This document shows, one piece after another, positions 1 through 8,725 of a stretch of DNA of 34,954 bases. The position numbers and the translations under genes are program-made. The notes beneath the pieces were generated by a model. The model searched no databases. It saw nothing but the letters and a program-made list of their open reading frames with translations, and had not been told where the DNA came from. This stretch comes from a virus: IMG/VR virus record IMGVR_UViG_3300012664_000082. One strand, 5' to 3'. Positions within the stretch are counted from its first letter, which is position 1, and the number at the start of each line of letters is the position of its first letter.

Positions 1-55
1 AGTTTGGAATGGACGCAAATATGCTAATGCTGCATATTCAGGATCAAGTACCAAA
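1..55. repeat. terminal direct repeat, copy 1 of 2 (identical to 34900..34954); circular-closure overlap
   Basis: agtttggaatggacgcaaatatgctaatgctgcatattcaggatcaagtaccaaa occurs base-for-base at both ends of the window. Confidence 0.97.
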
Positions 56-837
56 GCATCACGAGTACGCATGAAACGGTTAGGAACGATAGAGATAACA
101 CCAAAGTCTGACTGATAAAGGTCAGCACCAGCCAAGATTGTTACTTGACCAGCAGCATTGCTGTTATAACGGTGTTGTGCCAAACCTGTGAAGCCTGATA
201 CAACTTGCTTCAATGCTGGAGAAACAAACAATGTTGAAGGTGTGCCACCAGAAGTAAACACCTTAGCAACTACATCCTTAAGCATAGACTCTTGGAAAGT
301 ACGAGTTGTACCATCTGTACGAGTAGATACACCGATAGTTGTAGGGTCTGCACCAGCAGTTGTACCAGAACCTTTGTTTGTGTTTGTCTTGATGTAAGAC
401 AACAATGAACCCATAACACGAGCTGTTGTGCTATTACCAGCAGACTGACCTTGGTTAGCTGTGATAATGCCTTCGATGTCTCGCTTCAACTCAGCAGAAG
501 CCTTAGCCAATTGATAAGCCTTCTCAGACTTACGACCAGCCTTGTCTACTGACTCCAAAGTACCAGAAACTTGCACAGTCTTACCAACGATCTGTGTGTA
601 GTTACCAATACGAGTTGTTGGTGACAAAGTTGCAGCAGTAGCATCAGCACCTTCAACTAATGCATTGCTTGTGTTTACAGATGCCAAAGCATCAGTTTGC
701 CACTCATGGTAAACAGCTTTAGCTGATGTCTTACCAATAGATGACATAATAGGTGTGTCTTGTGGGCTGATGTCATAAATAACATTGCTTAGATCTTCAC
801 GAGCGCCAACGGCATCATATCTTGTAAATGTAGGCAT
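1..837 (-). CDS. major capsid protein, 5' part (codons 1-279 of 316); continues at 34899..34786
   Basis: The minus frame is open from ATG at 837 (AAGGAA about 8 nt upstream) to the window edge: MPTFTRYDAVGAREDLSNVIYDISPQDTPIMSSIGKTSAKAVYHEWQTDALASVNTSNALVEG...LVLDPEYAALAYLRPFQT (hand-translated). It reads on in frame through the end repeat. The N-terminal REDLSxVIYxISP and HEWQTD motifs, and the position right after the scaffold gene, fit HK97-fold capsid proteins of small podophages. It is not in the ORF track because its stop is not contiguous in the window. Confidence 0.85.
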   Translation of the reverse strand, partial: MPTFTRYDAVGAREDLSNVIYDISPQDTPIMSSIGKTSAKAVYHEWQTDALASVNTSNALVEGADATAATLSPTTRIGNYTQIVGKTVQVSGTLESVDKAGRKSEKAYQLAKASAELKRDIEGIITANQGQSAGNSTTARVMGSLLSYIKTNTNKGSGTTAGADPTTIGVSTRTDGTTRTFQESMLKDVVAKVFTSGGTPSTLFVSPALKQVVSGFTGLAQHRYNSNAAGQVTILAGADLYQSDFGVISIVPNRFMRTRDALVLDPEYAALAYLRPFQT

Positions 838-849
838 TTCAAATTTCCT

Positions 850-1836
850 TTAAATAAATTTTTCAAAAAGTTTAGCTGCATCTGACTTCTTGCCAGTTTG
901 CTTGAGTCTTTGCATCTGTTTCTTAGTTGCATCATTCTCAGCATTTACCTGACCGCCATTTCCAGCCTTCAATACTTTAGGAGCAGACTGCACTTTCTTT
1001 ACAGCATCAGTCTTACCCTTCATTAGTTTTTCATACATCATTGCATTGTAGAGAGTCTTAACTGCACGAGAGTCATACACTTGGCTTAATTCTTCATCAC
1101 TAAAACCGACAGATTTGGCATAGTTTCTAATATCTTTCCTAGCTATCTCGGCTTTGGCTTCATCCTTAAACTCAGGAATCATCTCTCTCAATTTGACTGC
1201 TTCTTGTTGCAAATGACTTTGCAGAGCTTGCTGTCTGTCAGCTTCTTGCTGTTGAGCAATCTTCTGTTTTTCAGCTCGAACTGCTTGCAGTTGCTTCTCT
1301 TTCTCTGACCTTTCAGCTATCTTAATCGCATAACCAATAGGATCTGAGTCCCTTAGTTCTGCTAAGTTTTCCTCGCCTTGATCTTGGGCAAGTAACTTTT
1401 CGATAACTTCCAGTCTTTGAGCATAAGTATCTCGCAACTGTTTGGCTTCTTCGATCTTCGCTTTCTCGGCTTCAACAGCCTTGCGAGTCTCAGCTAAAGC
1501 CTGAGTTTTCTTTGTGTAATCTTTTGTGCGACTGTAACCTTGTTGAAGCTCCTCTAAGGTGACCTCAATCTCCTCATTGTCTACCTTGACTTTGAATCGC
1601 TGTGGTTCTTGGGTTTCTTCTTCTTGGTACTCAGTTTCTTCTGCATTTTCATCTGTGTAGTCCTCTGAACCTTCCTCTGATTCTGCTGAATACTCAACTT
1701 CCTCAGATTCTTGCTCTTGTTGGTCTACCTCTGGTTGAGCTTTCGCTTCCTCAGTAGGTGAGTCCATCAAAGACAAAAATGCACTAGCTGCTTCGTTTAC
1801 ACTAACACTTCCATTTGGATTGGTGTTTTCACTCAT
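850..1836 (-). CDS. putative scaffolding protein
   Basis: 328 aa lying between the portal-side genes and the capsid gene. The N-terminal third is extremely acidic (E/D/Q runs). The rest is K/E/Q/A-rich and coiled-coil-like. Assigned on composition and position only. Confidence 0.6.
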   Translation of the reverse strand: MSENTNPNGSVSVNEAASAFLSLMDSPTEEAKAQPEVDQQEQESEEVEYSAESEEGSEDYTDENAEETEYQEEETQEPQRFKVKVDNEEIEVTLEELQQGYSRTKDYTKKTQALAETRKAVEAEKAKIEEAKQLRDTYAQRLEVIEKLLAQDQGEENLAELRDSDPIGYAIKIAERSEKEKQLQAVRAEKQKIAQQQEADRQQALQSHLQQEAVKLREMIPEFKDEAKAEIARKDIRNYAKSVGFSDEELSQVYDSRAVKTLYNAMMYEKLMKGKTDAVKKVQSAPKVLKAGNGGQVNAENDATKKQMQRLKQTGKKSDAAKLFEKFI

Positions 1837-1857
1837 TGTATTTACCTTTTAGGGTAG

Positions 1858-2088
1858 TTAAAGAATCTTCCATTTCTTAGCATTAATCTGCTTATCATCT
1901 GCGATAGCTTGGATTGATGCCTCGAATTCTTCAATAGCTCTGAGTTTGACTAAAGACCTCTCTCGGAAATCTACATCATCTTCATTACTATTGAATATGT
2001 TGTTTTTATACAACAGTTTTTGGTTTTCCACAAGCTCCATGAAAAACTCATCTGTTAAATAGGTGTTTGCTCTTTCAGCTTTGTTCAT
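1858..2088 (-). CDS. hypothetical small head-module protein
   Basis: 76-aa ORF with a 4-nt overlap with the portal stop. No motif recognised. Confidence 0.5.
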   Translation of the reverse strand: MNKAERANTYLTDEFFMELVENQKLLYKNNIFNSNEDDVDFRERSLVKLRAIEEFEASIQAIADDKQINAKKWKIL

Positions 2089-4127
2089 AGGACATTCGGT
2101 ATATTAGCTGTTGGACTTAGCTTTGCACCGATTTGCATAGCTTTCAACTGAGCTTCATATTCAAACTCTTGTTGCTTCAGAGCCATCTGTTGCTCAAACT
2201 TCTCTCGCTCTAACTGCATCTGAGCCATAGCTTTCTCTCTAGCCAATTGCATCTCTGCTTGAGCCTTAGCTTGGTCAGCTTGGATTTGAGCTTGGACTTG
2301 AGCCATATAAGCCTGTACCTGTGGGTCTTGTTGCTGTTCCTGTGGTTGAGCAATCTGTTGCAACTGCTCTGGGCTAATCTCTTTGAAGAACTCGCTTGAG
2401 TCTTTAAAGCCAGCAGACTCAATAAATCTACCTAAAGTATTGCGATACTGACCTAGGTCTACCAATGGGTTATTAACTCCGATTGTCTTTAGGATTTCTT
2501 CTTGCTTACCTAGAACCATAGCAATCATAGTCATCTGCTCTTGTTTGTTACCTGTTCCAAGACCTACATTGATAGACATATCGAACTGGTTAGTCCACTC
2601 TCTAGGATCAATAGAGACATATTTGCCTCGTAAGCGAATCACTCTAGCCTTGTCTTGGTACTTGCACAGAAGCTGTAGAATCTTCTGGAACAGGTCTTTT
2701 ACCCCAGTTTCAGCAAAGATTCGAGCAATCAATTCAATTCTACCTGCTGATGCTGATTGCATAGCAGCTACTGCTGTTGCTGTAGTGTTTTGTAGAATGT
2801 CTGGGTTTAAACCTTGTTGAGCATCATTAACACCAGTTCGCTTAGTCTGAACTACATCTAGATACTCAAGCAATGGGAATGACTGTGCAGCAGTAGCTGG
2901 AACTGTCAATGGAACTACAGCCTGTGGGTTCTTCATGCGAACCACTCCATTAGCTGTAACGGTTAGCAAGTCATCTAGGTTTACTTGACCTTCAACAACA
3001 CCCATTCTAGGGCTATTGGTCATATACATATTGTCTAGAATCTGACGAGTAACAGTAGACTTAATCAACTGGATGTCCATTGCTCTGTCTGCCAAGCTAT
3101 GACCAAAGAACTTGTGTGGCATAGGAATAGGGCAGATTGAGCAGAATGGTACAAAGTCAATCTCTGTATCGTCTAGAATCTCGCTACCTGCATAGACTAC
3201 CTTGCGAAGTTCTGCAATGCCATCTCCATCCATATCTACCTTGAGATAGCACTCATACACTTCAATTTCTTCCATTGCTGGGTCAAGTGTGCTGTTGTTT
3301 ACATCAGGGTTCTCACCATTGCTAAAGCGAGCAACTCTTTCCTGTGTGTAAGTTAGGTCAGACCAGCTTGGTAAGTCATCAACAATCTTCTTGTTAAAGC
3401 CCATGCCAATCAACTCTGAGCGAGTGATGAGCCTTCTGTGAGCTACAAATGGAGAGTCACCAATAGTGCGAGCCTTCTTAGAGATTAAGAACTCCTCTGG
3501 TGGGACATTCTCAATAACTACCTTACCTGTCTTGTTTGTCTTTTTGACTGTGACATTGTATGAGAACATTGGCACAATCATGCCTGTCATTGGGTCTTGG
3601 TAAGAATCTACCTCAATCTGCTCTTGCTTAGATACCTCAATAGAATCATCAGACAAAATCATTGTCAATTCTTCTTCATTAAGGTTCTGATACTGCTCTT
3701 TGGTTACATCTACTACTTCATCCCAGTAGACCTTGACCATACCATTCTTCTGCAACAAGGCATCTTTGAACCAGTTATGCATGATAGTCACACCATCATT
3801 GTCTCGGTTCATTACCCAGTTTACATACTCGGTAGCCTGTATAGCCTTCTGCTCATCATCAAAAGATCTAGGCTCAAAGCGGACAATCTCGTCAGACTGA
3901 GTGAATACTCGCAATAATTGTGGCAATGCACCATCAACTACTTCAGCTACTTCACCAGTAACAATCTGAGAGCGACCTTCTACTTCGTTACCATACGGTT
4001 CACGATTGTAGTATTCAAGAGCCTTAGAACGCTCATCAGTAGTGTCTGTTTGAATATAGCCGAGAGAGTTGTCAATCTCTGCATCTAGTATTCCTTTGAG
4101 TTTTTCTTGATCCATTAGACGATCCAT
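2085..4127 (-). CDS. portal protein
   Basis: 680 aa, immediately downstream of TerL. The N-terminal pattern SKALEYYNREPYGNEVEGRSQIVTGEVAEVVDGALPQLLRVF is typical of P22-like podophage portals. It has a long Q/A/E-rich helical C-terminal tail (QAQIQADQAKAQAEMQLAREKAMAQMQLEREKFEQQ). Confidence 0.85.
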   Translation of the reverse strand: MDRLMDQEKLKGILDAEIDNSLGYIQTDTTDERSKALEYYNREPYGNEVEGRSQIVTGEVAEVVDGALPQLLRVFTQSDEIVRFEPRSFDDEQKAIQATEYVNWVMNRDNDGVTIMHNWFKDALLQKNGMVKVYWDEVVDVTKEQYQNLNEEELTMILSDDSIEVSKQEQIEVDSYQDPMTGMIVPMFSYNVTVKKTNKTGKVVIENVPPEEFLISKKARTIGDSPFVAHRRLITRSELIGMGFNKKIVDDLPSWSDLTYTQERVARFSNGENPDVNNSTLDPAMEEIEVYECYLKVDMDGDGIAELRKVVYAGSEILDDTEIDFVPFCSICPIPMPHKFFGHSLADRAMDIQLIKSTVTRQILDNMYMTNSPRMGVVEGQVNLDDLLTVTANGVVRMKNPQAVVPLTVPATAAQSFPLLEYLDVVQTKRTGVNDAQQGLNPDILQNTTATAVAAMQSASAGRIELIARIFAETGVKDLFQKILQLLCKYQDKARVIRLRGKYVSIDPREWTNQFDMSINVGLGTGNKQEQMTMIAMVLGKQEEILKTIGVNNPLVDLGQYRNTLGRFIESAGFKDSSEFFKEISPEQLQQIAQPQEQQQDPQVQAYMAQVQAQIQADQAKAQAEMQLAREKAMAQMQLEREKFEQQMALKQQEFEYEAQLKAMQIGAKLSPTANIPNVL

Positions 4128-5368
4128 TTAGTGTTGATTTTAAGGGACTTATTCCATTCGTTAGGCTTCTCATCCAAGCCCACCGCAACATACCGCCAAG
4201 CATCAGCAGCATGGGAATGTTGGTCATGCAAAGGTTTATCGCTAAACATCTTAGTATCAGGGTCTACAGCATATCTGTAGTGTCTTAAAGCCTGTAATCC
4301 TTCAGCGCATCTGTTTTGGTCAAAGTAGCATCTGTTCATTAGCATACGAGCAGAGTTAATGCCATCAGCAATGGACAGTTTAGGAGTTATCCTAACTGGT
4401 AATCCCATGCCTTCAATAATCTCTTTAGTGCTACGACCTGTCATATTCTTGTGTTCTGCATCATGGGGTAACCAATGATCCCTATAGGTATATCCCTTAT
4501 TCTGAAGCACTTGGACATAATGGTCAATGGTTTTCTGACAGTTCTGGTAGAAGTCTATGATTCTTACTTCACCGCCTGATATTGTCTGCACAAACCAAAT
4601 GGATGTCATATCAGACCAGCCCAAGTCCCAGAAGGTTGAAACTGGTATTGAGTTGTCTACTTGCACATCCTTAATTCTGTTTTCTTCCTGAGCCTTTCTT
4701 AGCTCATTTGCATAGACTGCACCATCCAAGACCTGTCTTGTATTGCCTTCCCAGACATTGAGATAGGCATCCATATCCCTAGCCTTTAAATCTTCCATCT
4801 CATCTCTTAGAACTGATGGAAACCAAGGATTGTCAGAGTAATTAACCTTAACTACTTTGGCATTGCTCGGTGGCACTACTACAAACCGCTTGTAAGTCTC
4901 GTCTGTATCTAGCTCAGGGTTGAAAGTAATCCAAATCTCTGAGCCTTCTTTACGGATTGTGGGAATCAATACATCCCAACTAGACTTAGAAGTAGTCTGT
5001 GCTTCTTCTACCCAACAGACATCCACACCTTCAAAAGACTTAATCTTTGTGACATTGTGCTTCAGACCTGCGAACAAGAACTCTGTACCATTCTTGCCAT
5101 AAATCGCTGTGTTCTGTACCTCATAGAATGACTCTAGATTGAGCTTCCTAATCTGGTCTGCTAACAAGGCATGAACTGAGTCGCTGATAGAGTTCTGAAA
5201 CTCACGAGCGCATAGTATTCTTAATGGCTTTTGTGCGCCTAAAGCTAATAAAGCTATGGCAGCACCCCAAGATTTACCAGAACCTCGACCACCGTAAGCC
5301 ACCTTATATCTGTGTGGCTCAAACAAGAAGCTCATCTTCTCTGGTAACTCTAGATTGAGTTCACTCAT
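4115..5368 (-). CDS. terL: terminase large subunit (PBSX / Terminase_3-like)
   Basis: 417 aa. Walker A: YKVAYGGRGSGKSW. Walker B-like: VDVCWVEEA. The C-terminal nuclease half has WDLGWSD and HDAEH motifs. The order TerS-TerL-portal is canonical. Confidence 0.92.
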   Translation of the reverse strand: MSELNLELPEKMSFLFEPHRYKVAYGGRGSGKSWGAAIALLALGAQKPLRILCAREFQNSISDSVHALLADQIRKLNLESFYEVQNTAIYGKNGTEFLFAGLKHNVTKIKSFEGVDVCWVEEAQTTSKSSWDVLIPTIRKEGSEIWITFNPELDTDETYKRFVVVPPSNAKVVKVNYSDNPWFPSVLRDEMEDLKARDMDAYLNVWEGNTRQVLDGAVYANELRKAQEENRIKDVQVDNSIPVSTFWDLGWSDMTSIWFVQTISGGEVRIIDFYQNCQKTIDHYVQVLQNKGYTYRDHWLPHDAEHKNMTGRSTKEIIEGMGLPVRITPKLSIADGINSARMLMNRCYFDQNRCAEGLQALRHYRYAVDPDTKMFSDKPLHDQHSHAADAWRYVAVGLDEKPNEWNKSLKINTKWIV

Positions 5369-5688
5369 TCTGGCTTCTTGAGATTAATATTAATACTAGT
5401 TACTGTCTCGATTGCTCCACCATCCAAGCCAGACATCTCTGTAACTTGAATAGCTTTACCATCCACTCGATCCATGATTTCTTTTACAGCCCAAGGCTCT
5501 CCATCTTGAGCAGCTTCGACTAGTTTCCTAGCAATCATTCTTAGTTTGATTGCATCTTCTTGAACTAGCTCTTTCCTTAACTGGTCAAAGAATAGTCTAC
5601 CCTTCCTAGCATTATCATTGCCTTTGGGCGCACCTACTGAATTAATTGTTTCAATAGGTAGTTTGTTGTTTTCGCTATTGTTTTCCAT
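5365..5688 (-). CDS. terS: putative terminase small subunit
   Basis: 4-nt overlap with the TerL start. The GAPKGNDNARKG motif resembles the GNxNAxKHG motif of many small terminases. I prefer ATG at 5688; the ORF-track start at 5724 is a TTG. Confidence 0.55.
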   Translation of the reverse strand: MENNSENNKLPIETINSVGAPKGNDNARKGRLFFDQLRKELVQEDAIKLRMIARKLVEAAQDGEPWAVKEIMDRVDGKAIQVTEMSGLDGGAIETVTSININLKKPE

Positions 5689-5737
5689 TCCAATCCAAAC
5701 GGTTATTGGTTGATGATGTTGCAATAATACAACAGTA

Positions 5738-7003
5738 TTACTTTCCTAGCAAACCTCTTACAATTACCTCATTCAATGGGACATCTAATCCATATTGACC
5801 TTGGTTGTATGGGAAATACTCTAATCTTTGTTCTGGGCTTAAATCCATTCTGTTTTGAGTAAGCCTAGATTCAGCTTCACCAAACAATCTCTTATAAACA
5901 TCATCTGGTGACATAGCAGAGCTTCTTCTATCTAAACCATAAAAGTTAGCTATTTCTTCTAACTGTGAACTTGGGTTGTCTGTGTAGTCTTTTACCAAGT
6001 CCATTGTCTTTTTATCAATTGGTGTTTGGTCTAGCTTTTCAAACAACTCTTTGACTGTTTTAGCTCTTTCATCAAAAGGTATTGAGCTTGGCATTGCATC
6101 AATTTCATTTCGCATCAATAATGCCTTTTTTGCCAATTCTGCTTCAGCTTGTTGAGTATAGTTTTTAGGAGATCCCCCCAAAGCCCAGCCCTCATTTGTC
6201 TGGATTCCATGCTGACCTTCATGCAAAAACAATCCTCTTAAATTATTTTTGTTTGAAACATCCCCATATTTAATTCCAAAAGGATTTAATTCACCTTCTA
6301 AACCCATGCTTTTATCTTGCATGGTGTTTAGTTTTGCAATATCTGGATATGCTTCATATAACTCTTTATGAGTTAAAACATCAGATAATGGAGCTTCTCT
6401 TTTAGTCAGAACATTAAATTCTTGCTGTAAATCGTCTCTAAATTTTTGAAACTCTTTAAACTCTTTATTAGACATTCTGCCTACATCAGCACCTCTATTG
6501 CCATATTTAGCAATTTCAGCTTTTCTTGAGAAGTTTTCCCAAGAGTCTTGTAGTGGTAATTTATTTATTTCTGAGCCAGCATCACTAATTTCTTGTCTCC
6601 AGTTGCCATCAGGAGCTTTAACTGTTCCTGTTTCTTTCCAGATTTCTTGCGGAGACTTACCTGCTTTTTCCATCTTTGCAGCTTTAAATGCCATCTCAGG
6701 CTTCCATAACTTAGAGCCTTGACCAATAAACATACCTACAGGTGCAATTCCTAGCTCACCTGTTAGGACATCTGTACCCAATTGAGCCAAACCAGCTTGG
6801 TCTGTTACTTGGAATGGTCTCTCAGGATTAGCAAAAGTCCTAGCCATTAGAGCTTGTCTGTCAGCCCTAGACTGTAGGAGACTTTGAGCTGCTCTTTCTG
6901 CCTGTTCCATAGGGTTAGTCAAAAGACCATAGACTCCTCTCTTGAGCTGGTCTGCTCCAGAGTAGATGGCAGGTAATACACCGCCTAGAAGTCCTTGTGC
7001 CAT
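5738..7003 (-). CDS. HExxH-motif protein resembling a domain of large polyvalent (injected/conjugative) proteins
   Basis: 421 aa. LFLHEGQHGIQTNEGWALGG (HEGQH encoded at 6209..6223, checked on the DNA) is followed by VYKRLFGEAESRLTQNRMDLSPEQRLEYFP. This is the same two-motif pattern I recall from polyvalent-protein domains. The gene is visibly more AT-rich than its neighbours. Confidence 0.4.
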   Translation of the reverse strand: MAQGLLGGVLPAIYSGADQLKRGVYGLLTNPMEQAERAAQSLLQSRADRQALMARTFANPERPFQVTDQAGLAQLGTDVLTGELGIAPVGMFIGQGSKLWKPEMAFKAAKMEKAGKSPQEIWKETGTVKAPDGNWRQEISDAGSEINKLPLQDSWENFSRKAEIAKYGNRGADVGRMSNKEFKEFQKFRDDLQQEFNVLTKREAPLSDVLTHKELYEAYPDIAKLNTMQDKSMGLEGELNPFGIKYGDVSNKNNLRGLFLHEGQHGIQTNEGWALGGSPKNYTQQAEAELAKKALLMRNEIDAMPSSIPFDERAKTVKELFEKLDQTPIDKKTMDLVKDYTDNPSSQLEEIANFYGLDRRSSAMSPDDVYKRLFGEAESRLTQNRMDLSPEQRLEYFPYNQGQYGLDVPLNEVIVRGLLGK

Positions 7004-7530
7004 TATTTCTTTACCCCATAAAAATATAGATCATGAGTCTGACTGTTTGTAGAGAACTCATACTTTGAGAACATCTTATCTAAATCAAACTTTTCCTTAA
7101 AATCTGCTTCTGTCAGGTTCTTGTAGTAATCCCACTCTACAAGAGGAGCATCTTCTGGACTTGTTGCCCTTGTCCCATGCTCAGGTCTACCAGTAGTCGC
7201 GCATGACATGACTACTAATCCACCCTTCTTTACTACCCTGTGCATATTCTCGAATGTCGCTATCCAGTAAGGATTATGCTCAAAACACTCACAGGATATG
7301 GCTGTATCGAAACTATTGGCTTTGCCTTGGAACTCTTGTCCTTGGCATACTAGGTCTACTCCCTTGCCTTCCCCTACATCTATTCCTAGATAGTCGCAGT
7401 CTGCAAAGAACTGTCTTACCGAGCCATTGATGTCTAAGCTACCTACTTCTAAGACTTTTGCCTGTGAAAAAGCATTAGGGTACTTTTGTTGGCAAGTCTT
7501 AACAAAGTCAAATTGTTGTTGATGAGCCAT
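7003..7530 (-). CDS. class I SAM-dependent methyltransferase (not an obvious DNA methyltransferase)
   Basis: 175 aa. Motif I-like VLEVGSLDINGS, acidic loop YLGIDV, CECFEHNPY and post-motif GGLVVMSC. No DPPY/NPPY or PC-Q DNA-methyltransferase motifs. Confidence 0.65.
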   Translation of the reverse strand: MAHQQQFDFVKTCQQKYPNAFSQAKVLEVGSLDINGSVRQFFADCDYLGIDVGEGKGVDLVCQGQEFQGKANSFDTAISCECFEHNPYWIATFENMHRVVKKGGLVVMSCATTGRPEHGTRATSPEDAPLVEWDYYKNLTEADFKEKFDLDKMFSKYEFSTNSQTHDLYFYGVKK

Positions 7531-7688
7531 TAGTGTAGTGTCTGTCTATTGCCTATGAACTGGATATTATCAGTATTCAAATCATCTGCTAAATCTAGTA
7601 AGTATGAGTAGAACTGGCTTAAAAATATATCCTTTTCTTCCAGACTATCCCATTGTGTTTGTAAGTTCTTTAACTGAACTACTACCAT
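7530..7688 (-). CDS. hypothetical 52-aa protein (not in ORF track)
   Basis: Hand-translated as MVVVQLKNLQTQWDSLEEKDIFLSQFYSYLLDLADDLNTDNIQFIGNRQTLH. The ATG lies inside the last codons of the upstream gene. Its TAA shares one base with the methyltransferase ATG (TAATG). It fills an otherwise empty 150-nt gap. Confidence 0.4.
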   Translation of the reverse strand: MVVVQLKNLQTQWDSLEEKDIFLSQFYSYLLDLADDLNTDNIQFIGNRQTLH

Positions 7689-7972
7689 TTAACCTTGTCA
7701 GCCCAATAAGCTGCACTCATCTTGCCTTTAGCAATATTGGCTGAGTGTCTAGCCTTGAATGACTTTCTTCTTGCCTTATCAGCCTCGGACTCACCTTTCT
7801 TAGCTGGTGATCCTGATACTCCTTGCTGACCAAAGCGGATTGTCTTGGTCTTGTCACCTTCTTTTGCTACTACTACATGGCTTTTAGTAGGATGATTAGG
7901 AGTTCTTTTAGGTCGATTAAATCCCTCTACACCGATTCTCTCAAGAATCTTGGCAGCTTCTCTAATCTTCAT
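7682..7972 (-). CDS. conserved small basic phage protein, function unknown
   Basis: 96 aa. NRPKRTPNHPTKSHVVVAKEGDKTKTIRFGQQG...RKSFKARHSANIAKGKMSAAYWADKVKW. I recall this pattern from marine phage and giant-virus genomes, with no assigned function. Confidence 0.6.
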   Translation of the reverse strand: MKIREAAKILERIGVEGFNRPKRTPNHPTKSHVVVAKEGDKTKTIRFGQQGVSGSPAKKGESEADKARRKSFKARHSANIAKGKMSAAYWADKVKW

Positions 7973-8121
7973 TTCTTGTAGCGAGCCATCTTAGATGCTT
8001 CACTCAAAGCAATTGCTAGGGCTTGGTCTTTAGATTTAACCTTTTTGCCAGAGCTAGACTTTAGCTTGCCCTCTTTGTATTCACCCATGACTTTGCCAAT
8101 TTTCTTTTCATTCATTTTCAT
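7969..8121 (-). CDS. DUF6496-like small protein (not in ORF track)
   Basis: Hand-translated as MKMNEKKIGKVMGEYKEGKLKSSSGKKVKSKDQALAIALSEASKMARYKK. It matches the KVMHEFKxGxLKSGxGxKVKSRKQAIAIALSEA pattern. ATGA overlaps at both ends. Confidence 0.6.
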   Translation of the reverse strand: MKMNEKKIGKVMGEYKEGKLKSSSGKKVKSKDQALAIALSEASKMARYKK

Positions 8122-8276
8122 TTTTTAGCCTTGTATGGTTTGGCTGTCTTTGCAGCAGCCTTGAAGTCTTTAGCACTAGGAGCAGCCTTGCTACCTACCT
8201 TATTCATCTTTTCACCAGATCCTTCAGCGATTCTCTTGCGCTTTGCTGCGATATTGCCATAGAGACTATTCTTCAT
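8118..8276 (-). CDS. hypothetical 52-aa basic protein (not in ORF track)
   Basis: Hand-translated as MKNSLYGNIAAKRKRIAEGSGEKMNKVGSKAAPSAKDFKAAAKTAKPYKAKK. Its stop overlaps the next ATG (ATGA). Its start overlaps the upstream gene by 11 nt. Confidence 0.5.
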   Translation of the reverse strand: MKNSLYGNIAAKRKRIAEGSGEKMNKVGSKAAPSAKDFKAAAKTAKPYKAKK

Positions 8277-8622
8277 ATTCATCTTCCATTTCTTCGGTCA
8301 TTACTTCAAACTCATCACAGCCATTCTTCTCTGAGCAAGTGAATTCAAACTTGTCGCAGAAGCCCATGCCCTTACCCATGCCACAAGTAGGCATATCTTT
8401 AGAAGGGCAGAAATACTCACAATCCATACACTTAGCTACTGGCTTATCTGTGTAGTTAGCGACCACTATCGCTTTGCGCTTGTTACCTTCGTTGATAACC
8501 TTGTCTTGAGTAGCTAATGGACAAGAAGATACATCAGACTCTAGTAGTCCACCTTCTTTACTTTCAGCCATCTTTGGCTTACCGCCAAGGAGACCTACTG
8601 TAATCATCATATCTTTTTTCAT
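8266..8622 (-). CDS. Cys-rich acidic protein, possible metal/cluster binding; first gene after the terminator
   Basis: 118 aa. C-terminal half: CMDCEYFCPSKDMPTCGMGKGMGFCDKFEFTCSEKNGCDEFEV, followed by an acidic tail EEMEDEYEE. The C-x2-C ... GFC ... GC spacing is loosely HiPIP-like. Confidence 0.5.
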   Translation of the reverse strand: MKKDMMITVGLLGGKPKMAESKEGGLLESDVSSCPLATQDKVINEGNKRKAIVVANYTDKPVAKCMDCEYFCPSKDMPTCGMGKGMGFCDKFEFTCSEKNGCDEFEVMTEEMEDEYEE

Positions 8623-8630
8623 AAAAGTCC

Positions 8631-8657
8631 CAAAAAAAATGCCCTATTGCTAGGGCT
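8631..8657 (-). terminator. rho-independent terminator between the Q-like region and the late genes
   Basis: The minus strand reads GCCCTA-gcaa-TAGGGC (6-bp stem, GNRA-type loop) followed by ATTTTTTTT. It sits in a 103-nt non-coding gap. Confidence 0.75.
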
Positions 8658-8725
8658 AAAATCACTTCTCACTATTCATACGAAAGTATTAAAAACACTT
8701 CCCCACAGAAAGTTTATACTATTTT
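8658..8725 (-). promoter_or_regulatory. candidate late promoter / antiterminator loading region
   Basis: Non-coding stretch between the Zn-ribbon ORF stop and the terminator. Only weak sigma70-like matches (for example TTGTTG-17 nt-TAAACT spanning the ORF end). The call rests on position relative to the Q-like gene and terminator. Confidence 0.25.

Noticed and set aside
188-397. 69-aa plus-strand ORF in the otherwise unannotated first 840 nt
   Set aside because: It lies antisense inside the uninterrupted capsid reading frame (837..1). It has no Shine-Dalgarno and an odd composition.
2210-3917. ORFs 2210..2422 (-), 2545..2820 (+) and 3597..3917 (+)
   Set aside because: All are nested in or antisense to the 680-aa portal gene, whose frame is continuous and motif-bearing. 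Their sequences are low-complexity or Leu/Ser-rich, as is typical of shadow ORFs.
4920-8455. Plus-strand ORFs 4920..5102, 6498..6722 and 8243..8455
   Set aside because: They are antisense to TerL, the HExxH protein and the Cys-rich/52-aa genes respectively. They are short and lack ribosome-binding sites.
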